A DNA stretch of 64,000 nt from the human T2T-CHM13v2.0 reference genome, Homo sapiens (GCF_009914755.1 NC_060932.1), one strand, 5' to 3'; shown: positions 32,011-45,532, numbered from the stretch's first letter. The notes: a model not told the origin generated them from the sequence alone. A program made the numbers and translations.

Positions 32011-33559
32011 GATAAGCTGACATGGAATAGATAGTTGTATTTTCTCCTTTTAGAGGGCTAGTATTGTGGAGTTCAAAAGGTACATTGTTTGCCAGTTGAA
32101 GTTGAAAGCAAACAAATAGGGAGGAGATTTGTTAAAGAAAAACTTTAAATGTATGAAAAGAGGACTTGAGAGGGCCATGAGATAGGGAAGTCCACTAGGG
32201 AAACTCACTGAACATCTGAGCATTAGAGCTTTCTCAAAACAAACCTTAATACTTTTTTTTCCACTTCAGTTTTTGGTTACGCATTGGTTTTTTTACTGAT
32301 ATTTTTGTTTAGTGGGAAATAAGTATTTAATATACCAGTAGCATCACCTTGAACAGAAAGAACAATCTCTCGATGTTGAAAGGCAGCCCAAGGGATCCTT
32401 AGTTCATTTGTTGAGGCTGAGAGTGTTTGTAGGGTTCTTCATCGTAGTGGGAGGAGCAGTTACATGAATCATGAATATGCTGTGCTGCAAATGAATCTTG
32501 AAAACATGAGAGATGTCTATGTAATTGCACTAGCATTACTATCTATATTTTGCCCTTTCTTTTTCTGTACTATTGGGTAGTTACAGCCAAGTAAATGAGA
32601 ATGGTAAACATAACAATTATATATTAAACATAACATTAACAATGTTAAAAATATCTCATAGAGATATACCAATTTTTAAAAATATAAAACATAACATTCA
32701 TTACACAAAAGCATTTAAATCATGCCTTTTGAGGTATGAATCAGTGTATTCTCTCCTCAAATTCATTTACTTCTAATTTATTCACAGACAGACTTTCTTT
32801 TATCTTATGGGTTGAATGACTTTTTTTTTCCCAATCGACTTTATTTAACAACAACAACAAAGATCAGATTTGGTGAGCATTTCTCCATGTGTTTAGATGT
32901 CATATACCACACCCTTAATTTGAAAGCAAAGTAAGATAGGAAGCTCTTTGTTCTCCAGCTTTCTTAAGAAAGGAGATGTGCCTGTTGATACTTCTTCAGT
33001 TGTCTATGATCACAAAGATGATTGAGGGTGACACAAACAACCCATCAAATTTTAACCTTCCACTTTTAATATGAATTTCTGCCACCTCTTTTGTGTATGA
33101 GAGTAATGAATACTTTCTTTTTAAGTGCAATGGAATATGCGTCTTCAATAAAGATCAAAGTTTCTTTGTTCTATTTACATCAAATCTTCCCTCAATTTTT
33201 GCCATTTAGCTGCCAGCGTAATTGCAGATGATATGCTGTGTCTGGATACCATAGAATCAAAAATGATTAGAAGTAATTGCTAGCTATCCTAACTTTCCTT
33301 GCTATAAAGTTGCCAATAAACTGACCAGAGGGCACTCAGGTGAAGTTACCTCAGGAAAGGAGGTATCCCCTTATTGCCTACAGCAACTACAGTAGGATTC
33401 AAGTCTCTCAAATACATATCCTCAAATTATCTTCCTTGCTTCCTCACTACTGATGTTTCCTATGGACCTGATGACTCAAAATCAATCAGCCTAACCTGTC
33501 CTAGAAGGTACTGAGTCACTGAGTCTATGGAGATACATCTAACCAAGGCTATAATAAAG

Positions 33560-34300
33560 TAATTGCTTATTTGATGAATAGTTTTTTGTTCCGTCATATT
33601 CCAAGTATTATGCTAAGCACTGGAGATAGCGGGATGAATAAGACATCTGTGATAACTACTGCATGAACTTTCAGTCTAGTAGGAATGAGACACAATTAAA
33701 CAATCAATGATAATAAATTCTGATAACTACTACTTAGCAAGTATATAAGGAACAATTAGAAAAGTTAAAAAGGGCAACTACTCTTATCTAGTGATTAGAA
33801 ATGGCATTCTGAGGGCAGTGAGACTTAGGTTGAAGCTGGCTTGAGGAACTGAGAAAAGAAAAAAGTAACTTCGGGGTAAGAAAAAAAAACACATGTTCAG
33901 TTGCCATGAAATAAGGAAGTACAGAACATTTGAATGTCCAAAACAAATACAACATGATAAATTATAAAATGTAACAGTTCATGGAGCTTGATAAGAGACT
34001 ATAGAGTTAGGTATAACATAGATTATGGGAGAAACACTCCCAAAAAGTTTCAGTTGCATTCCAAGAGCAATGGAAGGCTATAGGAGGGTTTTAAACAGGA
34101 AAAATCAAATCATATTCTAACTGTTAAAAGGTTCACCCTGAAAACAACATACTGGGTGAACTGTAACAGAACAAGACTAAATCTGAGAGGCTTGCTAGGG
34201 ATTGATGCCATTAACCAAACAAGAGCCAAGGGATCTCTGAAAAGGATGATAGCAAGTGAGCACTAGAGAAAATGAATGTATTTGAATGAGAGTTTGTCAC
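33560..34300 (-). mobile_element. LINE-2 3' part, antisense
   Basis: tgctaagcactggagatagcgggatgaataagaca ... ccaagagcaatggaaggctataggagggttttaaacagg. Confidence 0.65.
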
Positions 34301-34533
34301 TGAAAGCAACAAAATGACAATTTCATGTAAAACAATAAAGGTTCTGTGTCTAATAAATGAATGGCTCAGTCCATTAAAGTTAGAATGGCCATAGAATCTT
34401 CAGCCAACTAGGCATTGTGTCAGGGAGGTAAGTGCCATCCCTGCTTGCACTTCTACTTCCACTCCTCTACCCCCACTTCTTTCTCCTCTTCTCTCTGCCA
34501 TTGCCTCAAAGTGGCCTAGACTGGTGCATGCCC

Positions 34534-34934
34534 CATCTGCATTAGAGGCAATGAGACAACAAATTTATTAGGACAAAATGAAAGGGTGATGAGAATTTAG
34601 GGTACTTTTAAAAGACTTGTTGAATTAGTTGACTCAAAATTGAATAAGGAAAGGAGAAATACAGGAGGAGTCTGAGAGACAAGGGGTAGAAGCATTTAGT
34701 GAGTTTAAAATCCTGCTATGACTAATGAACAGGTAGACTGACAGCAGTAACTAAGCAAGACAGAAAATGGCTAACTCCATAAGTTCAAAGACAGCTCTTC
34801 ATAAGAAGACATGAAGAGCAACATTCAATTTTGAGTCAACTAATTCAACAAGTCTTTTAAAAGTACCCTAAATTCTCACGACCCTTTCATTTTGTCCTAA
34901 TAAATTTGTTGTCTCATTGCCTCTAATGCAGATG
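34534..34934. repeat. Long inverted repeat: 112-bp arms (34534-34645 and 34823-34934), 177-bp spacer
   Basis: Right arm is the reverse complement of the left arm apart from 2 adjacent mismatches (gggtGAtgag vs gggtCGtgag). Confidence 0.97.
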
Positions 34935-35009
34935 TACAAGACATGACCAGGAAAAGAAAGGCAAAAAGGACTAAAGAGAAACACCAGCCAGGCAGGCTGG
35001 TTCATGCTT

Positions 35010-37991
35010 TAAAACAGTTAAAAAGAGAAAAGCATAACAAATTATTTTACTCAAAGTTTTATGTGACATGGGAGCCCCAAAAAATGAAAATCCAAAACCC
35101 AGAGAAAACTTTCTATTTTTAGGCTTAAGTTTGATGAAGAATGCACAGCCATGTAGAAACATGATTGGACAAAAGGGTATTATGGAAGTCTATATCAGTC
35201 ACTTAGCTTCAGTTTGTGGGGCTTCAGGAAGAAGGCAGTCTTAATGTCAATGGCCAAGCTAGAAGGGTGAGAGAAAAATTATAAATATTAGTGTAAAGAA
35301 TCATAGCCAGATATAAGAGGAAACTGGAAGAATTTAAGATCCAGTCCAGATTTCAGGTGGATAACAAATCCCCAGAAACAGTGAGCTAGAATCTAATAAT
35401 CGGTGTACTGTAGTTTTTTTAATGTAATTTTTCTCTCTAAAATTACCTCCATTTCTGCCAAAGATAATCAAAGTGACACTAATTTGTTCATAAAATAAGT
35501 CTAAACTCATTAAACTTGGTCTGATTATTTATATAAGTACAGCAAGAATAGTGACTGACCACACAGGATCTCTTTAAGTTTGCTTTGATGAAAATTTTCA
35601 TAAGGAACTTCAGATTAAACTTTTAAGAAGCCTCTCAAGGATAGGAAGCCAAGCCAAAAACTGATCATCAAACTATTTCGTACTGCAGCTGACTGAATGC
35701 TTTTTAAAAAGAATGAAAACAATAACTGAATTACAAATATTTAGAATGACTTTGGTTGAAAATCTGATGAGTTTCTCAAGTTAATGGTGCAACTCATGAG
35801 GAAATTTGGTTATTTTCATGGCATATAACATTTTAACATAATAACCAAAATTATGATTGATAACATATCAGATTCCTAGGAATTTTACATAAACTTTGAA
35901 ATACTCATATCAATGGCAGGCATCACTTATTTGGCAATGTTTCTCACATAATTTAACATATAAATAAGCCAAATTCATTTACTATTGCTCTTGTACAAGG
36001 TGAGACAGACATCCTTTCAGCTTTTCAGTGGCAAAACTGGGAAATTCCAAAGATAATTCAAGGTCAAAAGACTAAGTTTAGAATAGGATTAAGGGAAGTT
36101 TGTCAAAAATATAAGTAGGTTTAAACAATTAGATAGGGTCTTCTTGTTCACCTATTTAATCAAAGCAACAGCAAAATATTTTAAAGGCAAAAACAGAAGG
36201 TCACATAGTTGCAAAAAGCAACTTACCTCTTTTAACATTAAGAAGACTCACTTTTCTTAAGTAATCAAAGGCCTGACAAAAGATAACAATAATTACAAAA
36301 AAATTAATAAAACACATATTTGTTTCCTAAGCAACAGCTTGTAAAAAAAGAAAACTAAATTTTCAGACCAATACTCCATTTTAACACACTAAGTTTGACT
36401 TCTGCATCTGTGTAATATTAATACTAAAGGCTAATTTTTAATGAAATCTTTTAAATAAATTCATTCAATCTCAGTAAGCTTTAATCACACAATATAAGAT
36501 TTACACAAACCTTTTATAACCTTTTTTCATATAATCAGCTCTGTTTTTTGAAGAAAACTCATTCCTCATACTTTTCCTTATCAAATACACCTTACTTTTC
36601 TCATATACATAATTGTTTCCCTTGTAATTTCTAGTAATGTAGTCACATTAATTAATTGTAATACTTAACTCTTAGTTATCTTTACTTCTAGTGAAAGCTA
36701 GCACGGATTGTGAACTGTATTACATCAGCATTCACTATTTTATAATTTTTAGAAACTCACTTTATCTCAATTTTTATTAATAGAACCAAATATATTTAGC
36801 TTCCATATACCATATGAAAACAAGGGATGCCAACATATATAAACTTAAATTTATGCTTAGCAATTTATGTTTCAGTATTTTAACTTACTTAGAAATGACC
36901 CCGATAATGACTATCTGTTAATTTCACTTTAAGGTTGTAAGTTACCAAATATATTTTTGAAACAATTTTTAAATAGATATTTTGTAAAATATTGTCCTCT
37001 ACCTGGTAGAAATCAGAGTGTGTTCTCACTGGTCACAACGCCAAACTCTCAGGACACAAAATGAGACAAACAAGAAAGAAAAAGCTGTCCCTGAGAGGGA
37101 AAGGACCAACAAGAAATGGGTATCCCCAAACCAAAACCAGATTTACAAAAGACTCACAATCCAAACAAATGATTTTCTCCAGCTAACCTGAATTTAGAAA
37201 GGGAGGGATAAAGAGAAATGTTTACTTTCCATTCTCAATCAGGCACTCAGTCTGAGATCCAGGAGAGCTGACCTTAGTAAAAAGTTCTTACCTTTTCTTG
37301 CCTGGCTTTTCGTCAGTTGTTCCAGATTCTCATCTGCAGGCTCTGGAGCAAGTCACGTGTCTCAGCCACCCTGAGTTGTGTGCCAAAACTGCAGGGTTAG
37401 AAAGATGTGATCCCTTTCCTCACCCATCATAAGCGTCACAGCCAACAGGTATATTACAAAAGACAGGCTCTCAAGAGAAAAGCTTAACAAATTCATTTAA
37501 GCAAAATTTTATGTGACACAAGAGCCTTCAGAAATGAATACCCATAGGCCCAAGCAAAACTGCCTGGCAGTGATGTAAAAATGTGATTGGAAAAATCAAT
37601 ATGACCTAATGGTAATAGATGGAGGTAGTGGGGAACCCCACCAAGGCCTGTCTGTTCAGATTCTTCTTGGCTGCTGTGTGTAGCGTTCTTTCCTCCTGGG
37701 TAGAGGGCAGGACCTCTCTAGAATGAGAGATTCAAGGGAGAAGGGAGAAGGAAGAGAATGGCCTTTCTAGGTTTATGATTTCCTTTGGAGGAAAGGGTTC
37801 TAGTCTCTATGACCCACCTTGGGGAAGAGGGATTCTGGTTTCTATAATTGGCTTCGGGAGAGAATGAGGGGTCAGAGACAGGAGAGCAAGAGAAAGTCAG
37901 AGAGGTCTCAGGCCCTTCTAATCTCTTTTCATTTTAACTATTTAGCAGGCCAGAGCACCAAACTTTGAGTATTATGTCATGAGCCCCAACA
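35010..37991 (-). mobile_element. ERV1 MER4-group proviral remnant: 5' LTR about 37391-37991 (MER31/MER67-like), non-coding internal region, partial 3' LTR about 35010-35180
   Basis: Minus strand LTR starts tgttggggctca; the block aagagaaaagc..aacaaatt...ttttatgtgaca..gagcc...tgattgga recurs near 35020-35170 and 37470-37590; PBS-like ttttggcacacaac follows the LTR. Confidence 0.7.
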
Positions 37992-38478
37992 TATTAATAT
38001 CTCTTGATAGATTTTCTGCCAAGATCAAGGGAAACACAGATTTTGGCTCGCATGCCAGCTTTTATCAATTGATTGTCACTCCCTAGAGTACTCCTTTAAC
38101 AAGGATTGTTGAGATTTCTTCCAGGCACTGCAGAAAAGAGCATCTTAATAGCCTTAGGACCCATGTCATTGGTTCAGGATTTTGGCATGATGGTAATTGT
38201 CAAACATACTTGCCCTTTAGAGCTTTTAAACCTATGTTAAAGTGACAATCCTTGTGTCCTCAGTAGAGACATTATCTGTATCTACATTCCAATTCTCAGT
38301 AATCTTTCATCTGTGGAAATTCTAAGAGATCCTATTGTCTAAAATGTACAATTTAGATTATCAATTACTGTCTATTGCTCTGGGTTTATCTTCCTTTACT
38401 GACTAGATTGTTAAGCAATGTGAAAGCAAGAATCCTCTTTCCCCAGTTATTAGCTATGTGGCTTCGGCCAACATAATT

Positions 38479-38925
38479 GTATCTGTCAGCTATTGCTACA
38501 TTAAAAACACCCCAAAACTCAGTGGTATGCACCAATCAAAGCTGGTTATTATGCTCAAAAGTCTTTTGGTAAATTGGGGTGAATCTGTTTCAAATTGCAG
38601 GTCTTCAGATTGGTTAGATTGTCTCAGTTACCAAGGATTCCAGGAACAGGCACCTAAGGTAGCTATGTTCAAAATGTCTACAATTATTTGTGGACAAATG
38701 GGCTGCCAAGGTCACATTGTTTTTTTAGCAATGGCAAAAACCCAGAGAGATGGCTCTAATGGAGAAGCACATTTCAAGTCTCAGATTGAATCATGTTTTA
38801 CCACACCTTTTGGCCAAATCAAGTCCATGGCCCAGCCCACTCTCATCAATGAAGTAGGAAAATGTACTCCACCCACAGTAGGACAGAGAAAGGGTGACTA
38901 TTTGCTGAATCCAAACCCCAATATG
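38479..38925 (-). mobile_element. Old MaLR LTR (MLT1-family)
   Basis: gtcagctattgct ... accccaaaactcagtgg ... ttggccaaatcaagtccatggcccagccca ... aaatgtactccaccc. Confidence 0.65.
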
Positions 38926-39954
38926 ATTCTTTTTCTGCAAACTAAAAGTAGTGATAACATGCAGAACTCTGAGGTTGCTTTGTGACAAGTGGAAAGAAAA
39001 TGCTTGACATACATTGGCATTCAATAAACATTTGTTGACTTATTGAATTCCTCTCTCTACCCTCACACTATATACAACGTGTGATACGCAGCTGGATTTT
39101 AGTGATTTACTAGACTTTGATCCAGAAATGATTTCCAGATTTTAGCTCTGTTTCAGGTTGTAACCTTAGGCAAATTCAGAAATGCTTCACTTGATTTCAT
39201 CTGGCATTTAAGTTCTATATCTCTGACATACTGTTATCAGAGAATACTTCGGGTTTCTGGAAAATATATGTTTTACCAAGTATTCAAATATCATAGCTTC
39301 TAATCAGACCTTAGCAATAATTGGGTGGAAAATGTCACCTATTAAATTACTAATTTTTTTATTTTAAGTACAAACTACTTTCCACTAGTGAAATTAACCT
39401 TTCCATCGTTCAGACACCAATTCTTGTACTACATAAAAGTCTCAAACTCAAAACCTTTGGCTTTGAAGCTTTATAAATAAGTTCTCATGAAGTATTAATA
39501 CATCCTCTCCAGGCCACAAGGAAATAAGTCATAATAAATAAAAATATAATATCTTTAAATCCATAAAAGAATACATTTTAAAAGGAATAATCAGAAAACT
39601 AAGTTACCAGTAATTTATCACTTAATAGTTTCCAAAAAAAAAAATGCTTTGCCTGACATCTTAGTCACCTATGATAAAGGAGAGTGCAATGTGATAGATA
39701 TCAGTTTCTTTAAGCAAAAAGCACCTTCCAGGAGACTTTATTTAGAGAAGTACCAAGAAGGCAAGAATTTTCACTCTGTGGAATGCCTGCTGTTTACAAC
39801 AGAATCTGTCAATTTTTTTTTTAATGTTGCATTTCCTAAAACCTGGGACAGGTTTGTTGACTGTATTAGGATATTAATAAATATTTGTTCTCTCATCCCA
39901 CTGTATTTTCACATTTTTCTCAGTATATATCTATACACTTTGTATGAGGGAAAA

Positions 39955-40590
39955 TAATAGTAAATAGTAATATTTATAATGTATACATCAGACACTCTTC
40001 TAAATGTTTTACTTTTAATTTCTAACTACTGTAAGGGAGATATACTATTATTATCTTCATTTTACAGATGAGAGCATTCAGATACACAGAGGGTAAGTAG
40101 ACCACTGAAGTCACAAAACTAGTAAGTGTCAATAACCAGGATTAAAACTCAGGCTTTCTGGCTTTCTGGATTCCAATCTATGCTCCTAACCATTATGTTA
40201 TCAAGCTAACTTGGAAAATGCATGTATTTTTAGAATGGCACCATGGCATATTGAGTAAGAACATAAGTTTTAGAATGAAAAGGTCTCCATTAAAATCCAA
40301 TTTCTTCTCTTTATTAGCCCTGCAACCTTGGGCAATATTCTTAACATCTCTAAAACTCTGTTTTTTTTTTTCTCTGTGTCGATGAAAGTATATTTACTTC
40401 AAAGGGTTATTAATGGTATAAGAATGTATTTAGCAGAGTATTGGCATATAGTAAACTGGAATTATTAATACTATTTAGTCTAAGTATCCTGGGAAATTAA
40501 ATGGCTTGCCCAAGGTCATACATCTAGTTATGGAAGAGTGAAGTCTAAACTATGGATTTCTTCATTCAAAGTTCAGTGCTTTACACTTGC
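39955..40590. mobile_element. Cluster of MIR fragments in both orientations
   Basis: cattttacagatgag ... ctagtaagtg; accttgggcaatattcttaacatctcta; cttgcccaaggtcatacatctagt. Confidence 0.65.
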
Positions 40591-40947
40591 ATTGGCCACC
40601 CCACAGGGATTTCTTACATTCCATGACAAGGCGAGATGATACAGAAAGGAAACACACTGCCTTAAAATGTGGTGATAAATCATAAAGTGTGGTTAAGTTT
40701 ACAAATGCATTGCAACACTTCGATCACTGTTTGCATTTATCATGGTCTATTCCTCAATAGACCAGAAAGGGTAATTAACAGAATATTTACAACAAAGCCA
40801 GATTTCTCCATGGGGGGGTTTCCATTCAAATTTGAGGCCTCAGTTAAATTTACATCATCAATACCTACATCTTTTAGTAAATGCTTATTCATTTCCAGCT
40901 CTAAATCCTAACCTTTATCATTAATCACTTAAGAATTCCAGGCATCT

Positions 40948-41291
<344 letters not shown>

Positions 41292-41629
41292 TTAGCATAG
41301 TTTATCAAGCATTTTTAAAAATCTACTCGTTACCAAACCATGACGTTATTTTTTTATTCTCCCTAGTTTAATAGGAGTCAATATATGTATAAGGGGCATA
41401 TTTTATTTGCCTGGCATTTGGGATTATTTTTAAAGCTATATACAGGCATTAGAGCACACAACCTATTTTGTGTCCTTGTTATATTTTGCATTACTAAAAT
41501 TATCTATTTTGCATTTAATTTTTAGGAAGTCAATTCGGCACACTCAAAGTGGCTTTAGACATCTCTGTGGTTTGCCCGGCATTATTCCAGAAACTCCCTA
41601 AACACTGCTTTTTAAAGTCATATTTTTGA

Positions 41630-42086
41630 CGACGCCCCCGCCCCCACCGATGCTTTCTGCAAATATTTTCTGTACATTCTCCAAGTCAGATTTGATTTAG
41701 CCCCACAGCTTTATAAATGTCCCTGAAACACATGGGGTAAACTGTAATTGATGACTCAGCACGTTTCCATCACATAAGAATCCAATTTCCAGTGGCACCA
41801 CTTACTGTTTATTGTGCTGAGATCAATAGTTGAAAGAACCCTTAACCCAGCCGCGTGCCCCACTACCCAACACGTATTCATAATACCAGTCTATAAATTC
41901 AATAGAAATATTAGGTTACAGGGGCATCCATGCTCGGAATAGCAAGATTTCTTGAGTTTTTGGAGTATGCTTCAAACAAGTTGCTCTTCTGACTCACCAA
42001 AGTCTTTCAGAATGAAAGTGCACCACAAAGCGGGACTCTCTGAACCACTAGAATTGTGCGTAGCTGAGTACATGGGCAAGGTGAGT
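41630..42086 (+). promoter_or_regulatory. Candidate promoter/enhancer with possible first exon
   Basis: GC box gcccccgccccc (about 41635-41646), ATGACTCAGCA (41751-41761), TATAAA (41892-41897), donor AAG|GTGAGT (42080/42081); motif evidence only. Confidence 0.4.
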
Positions 42087-42130
42087 TCTGAGGTATTTTT
42101 AGGACAAAAAAGCTCCTGCTTTCCCATCTG

Positions 42131-42513
<383 letters not shown>

Positions 42514-42710
42514 TACTTAGTTGACTGTAAGAACTGACATTCTTGTATGTGTGAATGTTTCCTATTTGCCCAACCTTTTCAAATCAGTTGTTGAGATTCC
42601 CTCTTCTGGGTCTTAATGGGATTTTGCAGCACAGCTGTCCAGGGGATTGCCCCGAACTGAATGTAGATTCAGAGCTACTGATCTGCTTGAAACCGCTTTT
42701 CTTTTCTTCT

Positions 42711-42712
<2 letters not shown>

Positions 42713-42752
<40 letters not shown>
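42713..42752. repeat. (GT)20 microsatellite
   Basis: Perfect dinucleotide run. Confidence 0.97.
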
Positions 42753-42754
<2 letters not shown>

Positions 42755-42758
<4 letters not shown>

Positions 42759-42919
42759 TTGTTTTTAAAGAGACAGAGTAGTCTTGCTCTGTCACCCACA
42801 CTGGACTGCAGTGGCACAATCTTGGCCCACTGCAGCCTCAAATTCCTGGGCTCCAGCAATCCTCCTGCCTCAGCCTCTCAAAGTGCTGGGATTACAAGCT
42901 TGAACCACCACGCCCTGCC
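42755..42919 (-). mobile_element. Alu monomer (FRAM/AluJ-like)
   Basis: cttgctctgtcaccca ... aagtgctgggattaca. Confidence 0.85.
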
Positions 42920-43000
42920 ATTGTTCTTGTATTCCTTATATATTCGTGACAAATGTAGCTGCAAATATTTTTTTGGACACATGTCACATCAAAACCCTAG

Positions 43001-43375
<375 letters not shown>

Positions 43376-43516
43376 TGGAAGTACTTTTGAACCTTTGGTT
43401 CTTACAATAAGAGAAGCAAATTTACATAAATTTCCCCAGTAGATTTTAATGTTTTCTGACTTAAATTGTTTTAAAAAAATAAAATAAAGTAGGCAATATT
43501 TTCTTTGTATGCTTTG

Positions 43517-43971
43517 TTTCATGCGCGTCCCTGTGAAGAGACCACCAAACAGGCTCTGTGTGAGCAATAAAGCTTTTAATCACCTGGGTGCAGGCGGGCA
43601 GGCTGAGTCCGAAAAGAGAGTCAGCGAAGGGAGATAAGGGTGGGGCCGTTTTATAGGATTTGGGTAGGTAAAGGAAAATTACAGTCAAAGGGGGTTTGTT
43701 CTCTGGCGGGCAGGAGTGGGGGTCGCAAGGTGCTCAGTGGGGGTGCTTTTTGAGCCAGGATGAGCCGGGAGAAGGAATTTCACAAGGTAATCTCATCACT
43801 TAAGGCAAGGACTGGCCATTTACACTTCTTTTGTGGTGGAATGTCATCAGTTAAGGTGGGGCAGGGCATATTCATTTCTGTTGTGATTTTTCAGTTACTT
43901 CAGGCCATCTGGTCGTATACGTGCAAGTCACAGGGGATGCGATGGCTTGGCTTGGGCTCAGAGGCCTGACA
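43517..43971 (-). mobile_element. Solo LTR7 (HERV-H LTR)
   Basis: Minus strand begins tgtcaggcctctgagcccaagccaagccatcgcatcccctgtgacttgcacgtatac and ends ctcttcacagggacgcgcatgaaa; probable TSD ctttg / gtttg; no HERV-H internal sequence on either side. Confidence 0.93.
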
Positions 43972-44569
43972 GTTTGCTTAGGCTAGTTCACTGGTTACTG
44001 AGCTAAATCCAATGTGTTACCCCTCAACCCCACAGGCTGTGAAGAGATTTTTACTGAATTTTATCCCAACTAAGATTTTACCTGAAGACTTTATTGTTTT
44101 AAGGCAGGAAAATTAGTTTGAGGAGAGAGCAATCTTTTGTTTACCAAAAAGATTCAATGAGCCATTTTGATTTTAGATTTTGGTAACTAGACAAGGGAAA
44201 TAAGACCAAGGGAAAGATAAAGAGCATTGCATAATAAAATAAAGGAAAAAATGAGTTTCTAGGCATTGCTGGAAAGAGAGGATGAAAAGATCCATAAATG
44301 GGGAGAAGACACAAAAACCAGCGAGAGGAGGCCAGGGGTAGCCCTGCACAAAGACCAGGAATCTGAAGGGCTAAGACAGCCAGGAGATGGAGGTGAGGAT
44401 GCCTGAGGATTTCATGACAAAAGGCACGGTAATGCTCGATTTCAAGTTGTTGACTCTATGATGACTGCGTGCAGTCCCATTCATTACTCTTGATCTTCAT
44501 CAAAAAGTCTGCTAGACACAGCTGGTTGTGTGAGTGACATTTTTAAAAGTTAACAGACTTTAAGCACCT

Positions 44570-44880
44570 GGCCGGGCACGGTGCCTCACACCTGTAATCC
44601 CAGCACTTTGGGAGGCCGAGGCAGGTGGATCCAGAGGTCAGGAGTTCGCGACCAGCCTGGCCAAGATGGTGAAACCCCGTCTCTACTAAAAATACAAAAA
44701 AATTAGCCTGGCGTAGTGGTACACGCCTGTAATACCAGCTACTCGGGAGGCTGAGGCAGGAGAATCTCACTTGTACCCAGGTGGCGGAGGTTGCAGTGAG
44801 CCAAGATTGCGCCACTACACCCTACTGTAGCCTGGGCGACAGAGCAAGACTCCATCTCAAAAAAAAAAAAAGAAAAAAGA
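44570..44880 (+). mobile_element. Alu (AluS-like)
   Basis: Full Alu; TSD actttaagcac on both sides. Confidence 0.93.
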
Positions 44881-45237
44881 AACTTTAAGCACTCAAAATG
44901 TAGCTTTGAGAAGAGCTAAGGGGTGTGGAACAGAGAAAATGAGTCAAAATTAAACAAAGATGAATCAGAAACAAGAGATGAGAGAAAAAAATGGTAAAGA
45001 AACTGTAAACCCTCCCAAAATACCTGGCATCCCAAAGGAAAAAGAGATAAGATCGTAGGTTTTCTTCCATAGACGATAGCATAAGAGTCCAAACCAACTT
45101 ATTTGCTTTATATCAAAACAAAGGTTGCATAGGCTAATGAGCCTGGGGACACGTGGGCCATCACATGATCATACAAGGATGTTTACAGAGGAGAGACAGA
45201 ATTTAAGGATAAAAATACAACAAACAGAATGACTTTT

Positions 45238-45499
45238 GGCCAGGTGTGGTGGCTCACTTTGGGAGATCGAGGCAGCAGGGACACTTGAGGCCAGGAGTTT
45301 GAGGCCAGCCTGGGCAACAAAGCAAGACATTGTCTCTATGAAAAATTAAAATATTAGACGGTCATGGTGGTGCATGCCTGTATTCCCAGCTATTTAGAGG
45401 GCCAAGGCAGGAGGATCACTTGAGCTCAAGAATTAGAGATTGTAGTGAGTATGATAGCACCACTGCACTCCAGCCTGGGTGACAGAGGGAGGCCCTGAC

Positions 45500-45530
<31 letters not shown>
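45238..45530 (+). mobile_element. Alu (AluJ-like) with long pure A tail
   Basis: cacttgaggccaggagtttgag; TSD agaatgacttt. Confidence 0.9.

Positions 45531-45532
<2 letters not shown>

Noticed and set aside
34534-34934. Novel MITE or DNA transposon with long TIRs
   Set aside because: No TSD around the outer ends; the junction fits insertion of one arm only; near-identical arms do not fit the age of primate DNA transposons.
38458-38985. 175-aa ORF
   Set aside because: Starts at GTG, lies almost wholly within an MLT1 LTR and shows no recognisable protein motif.
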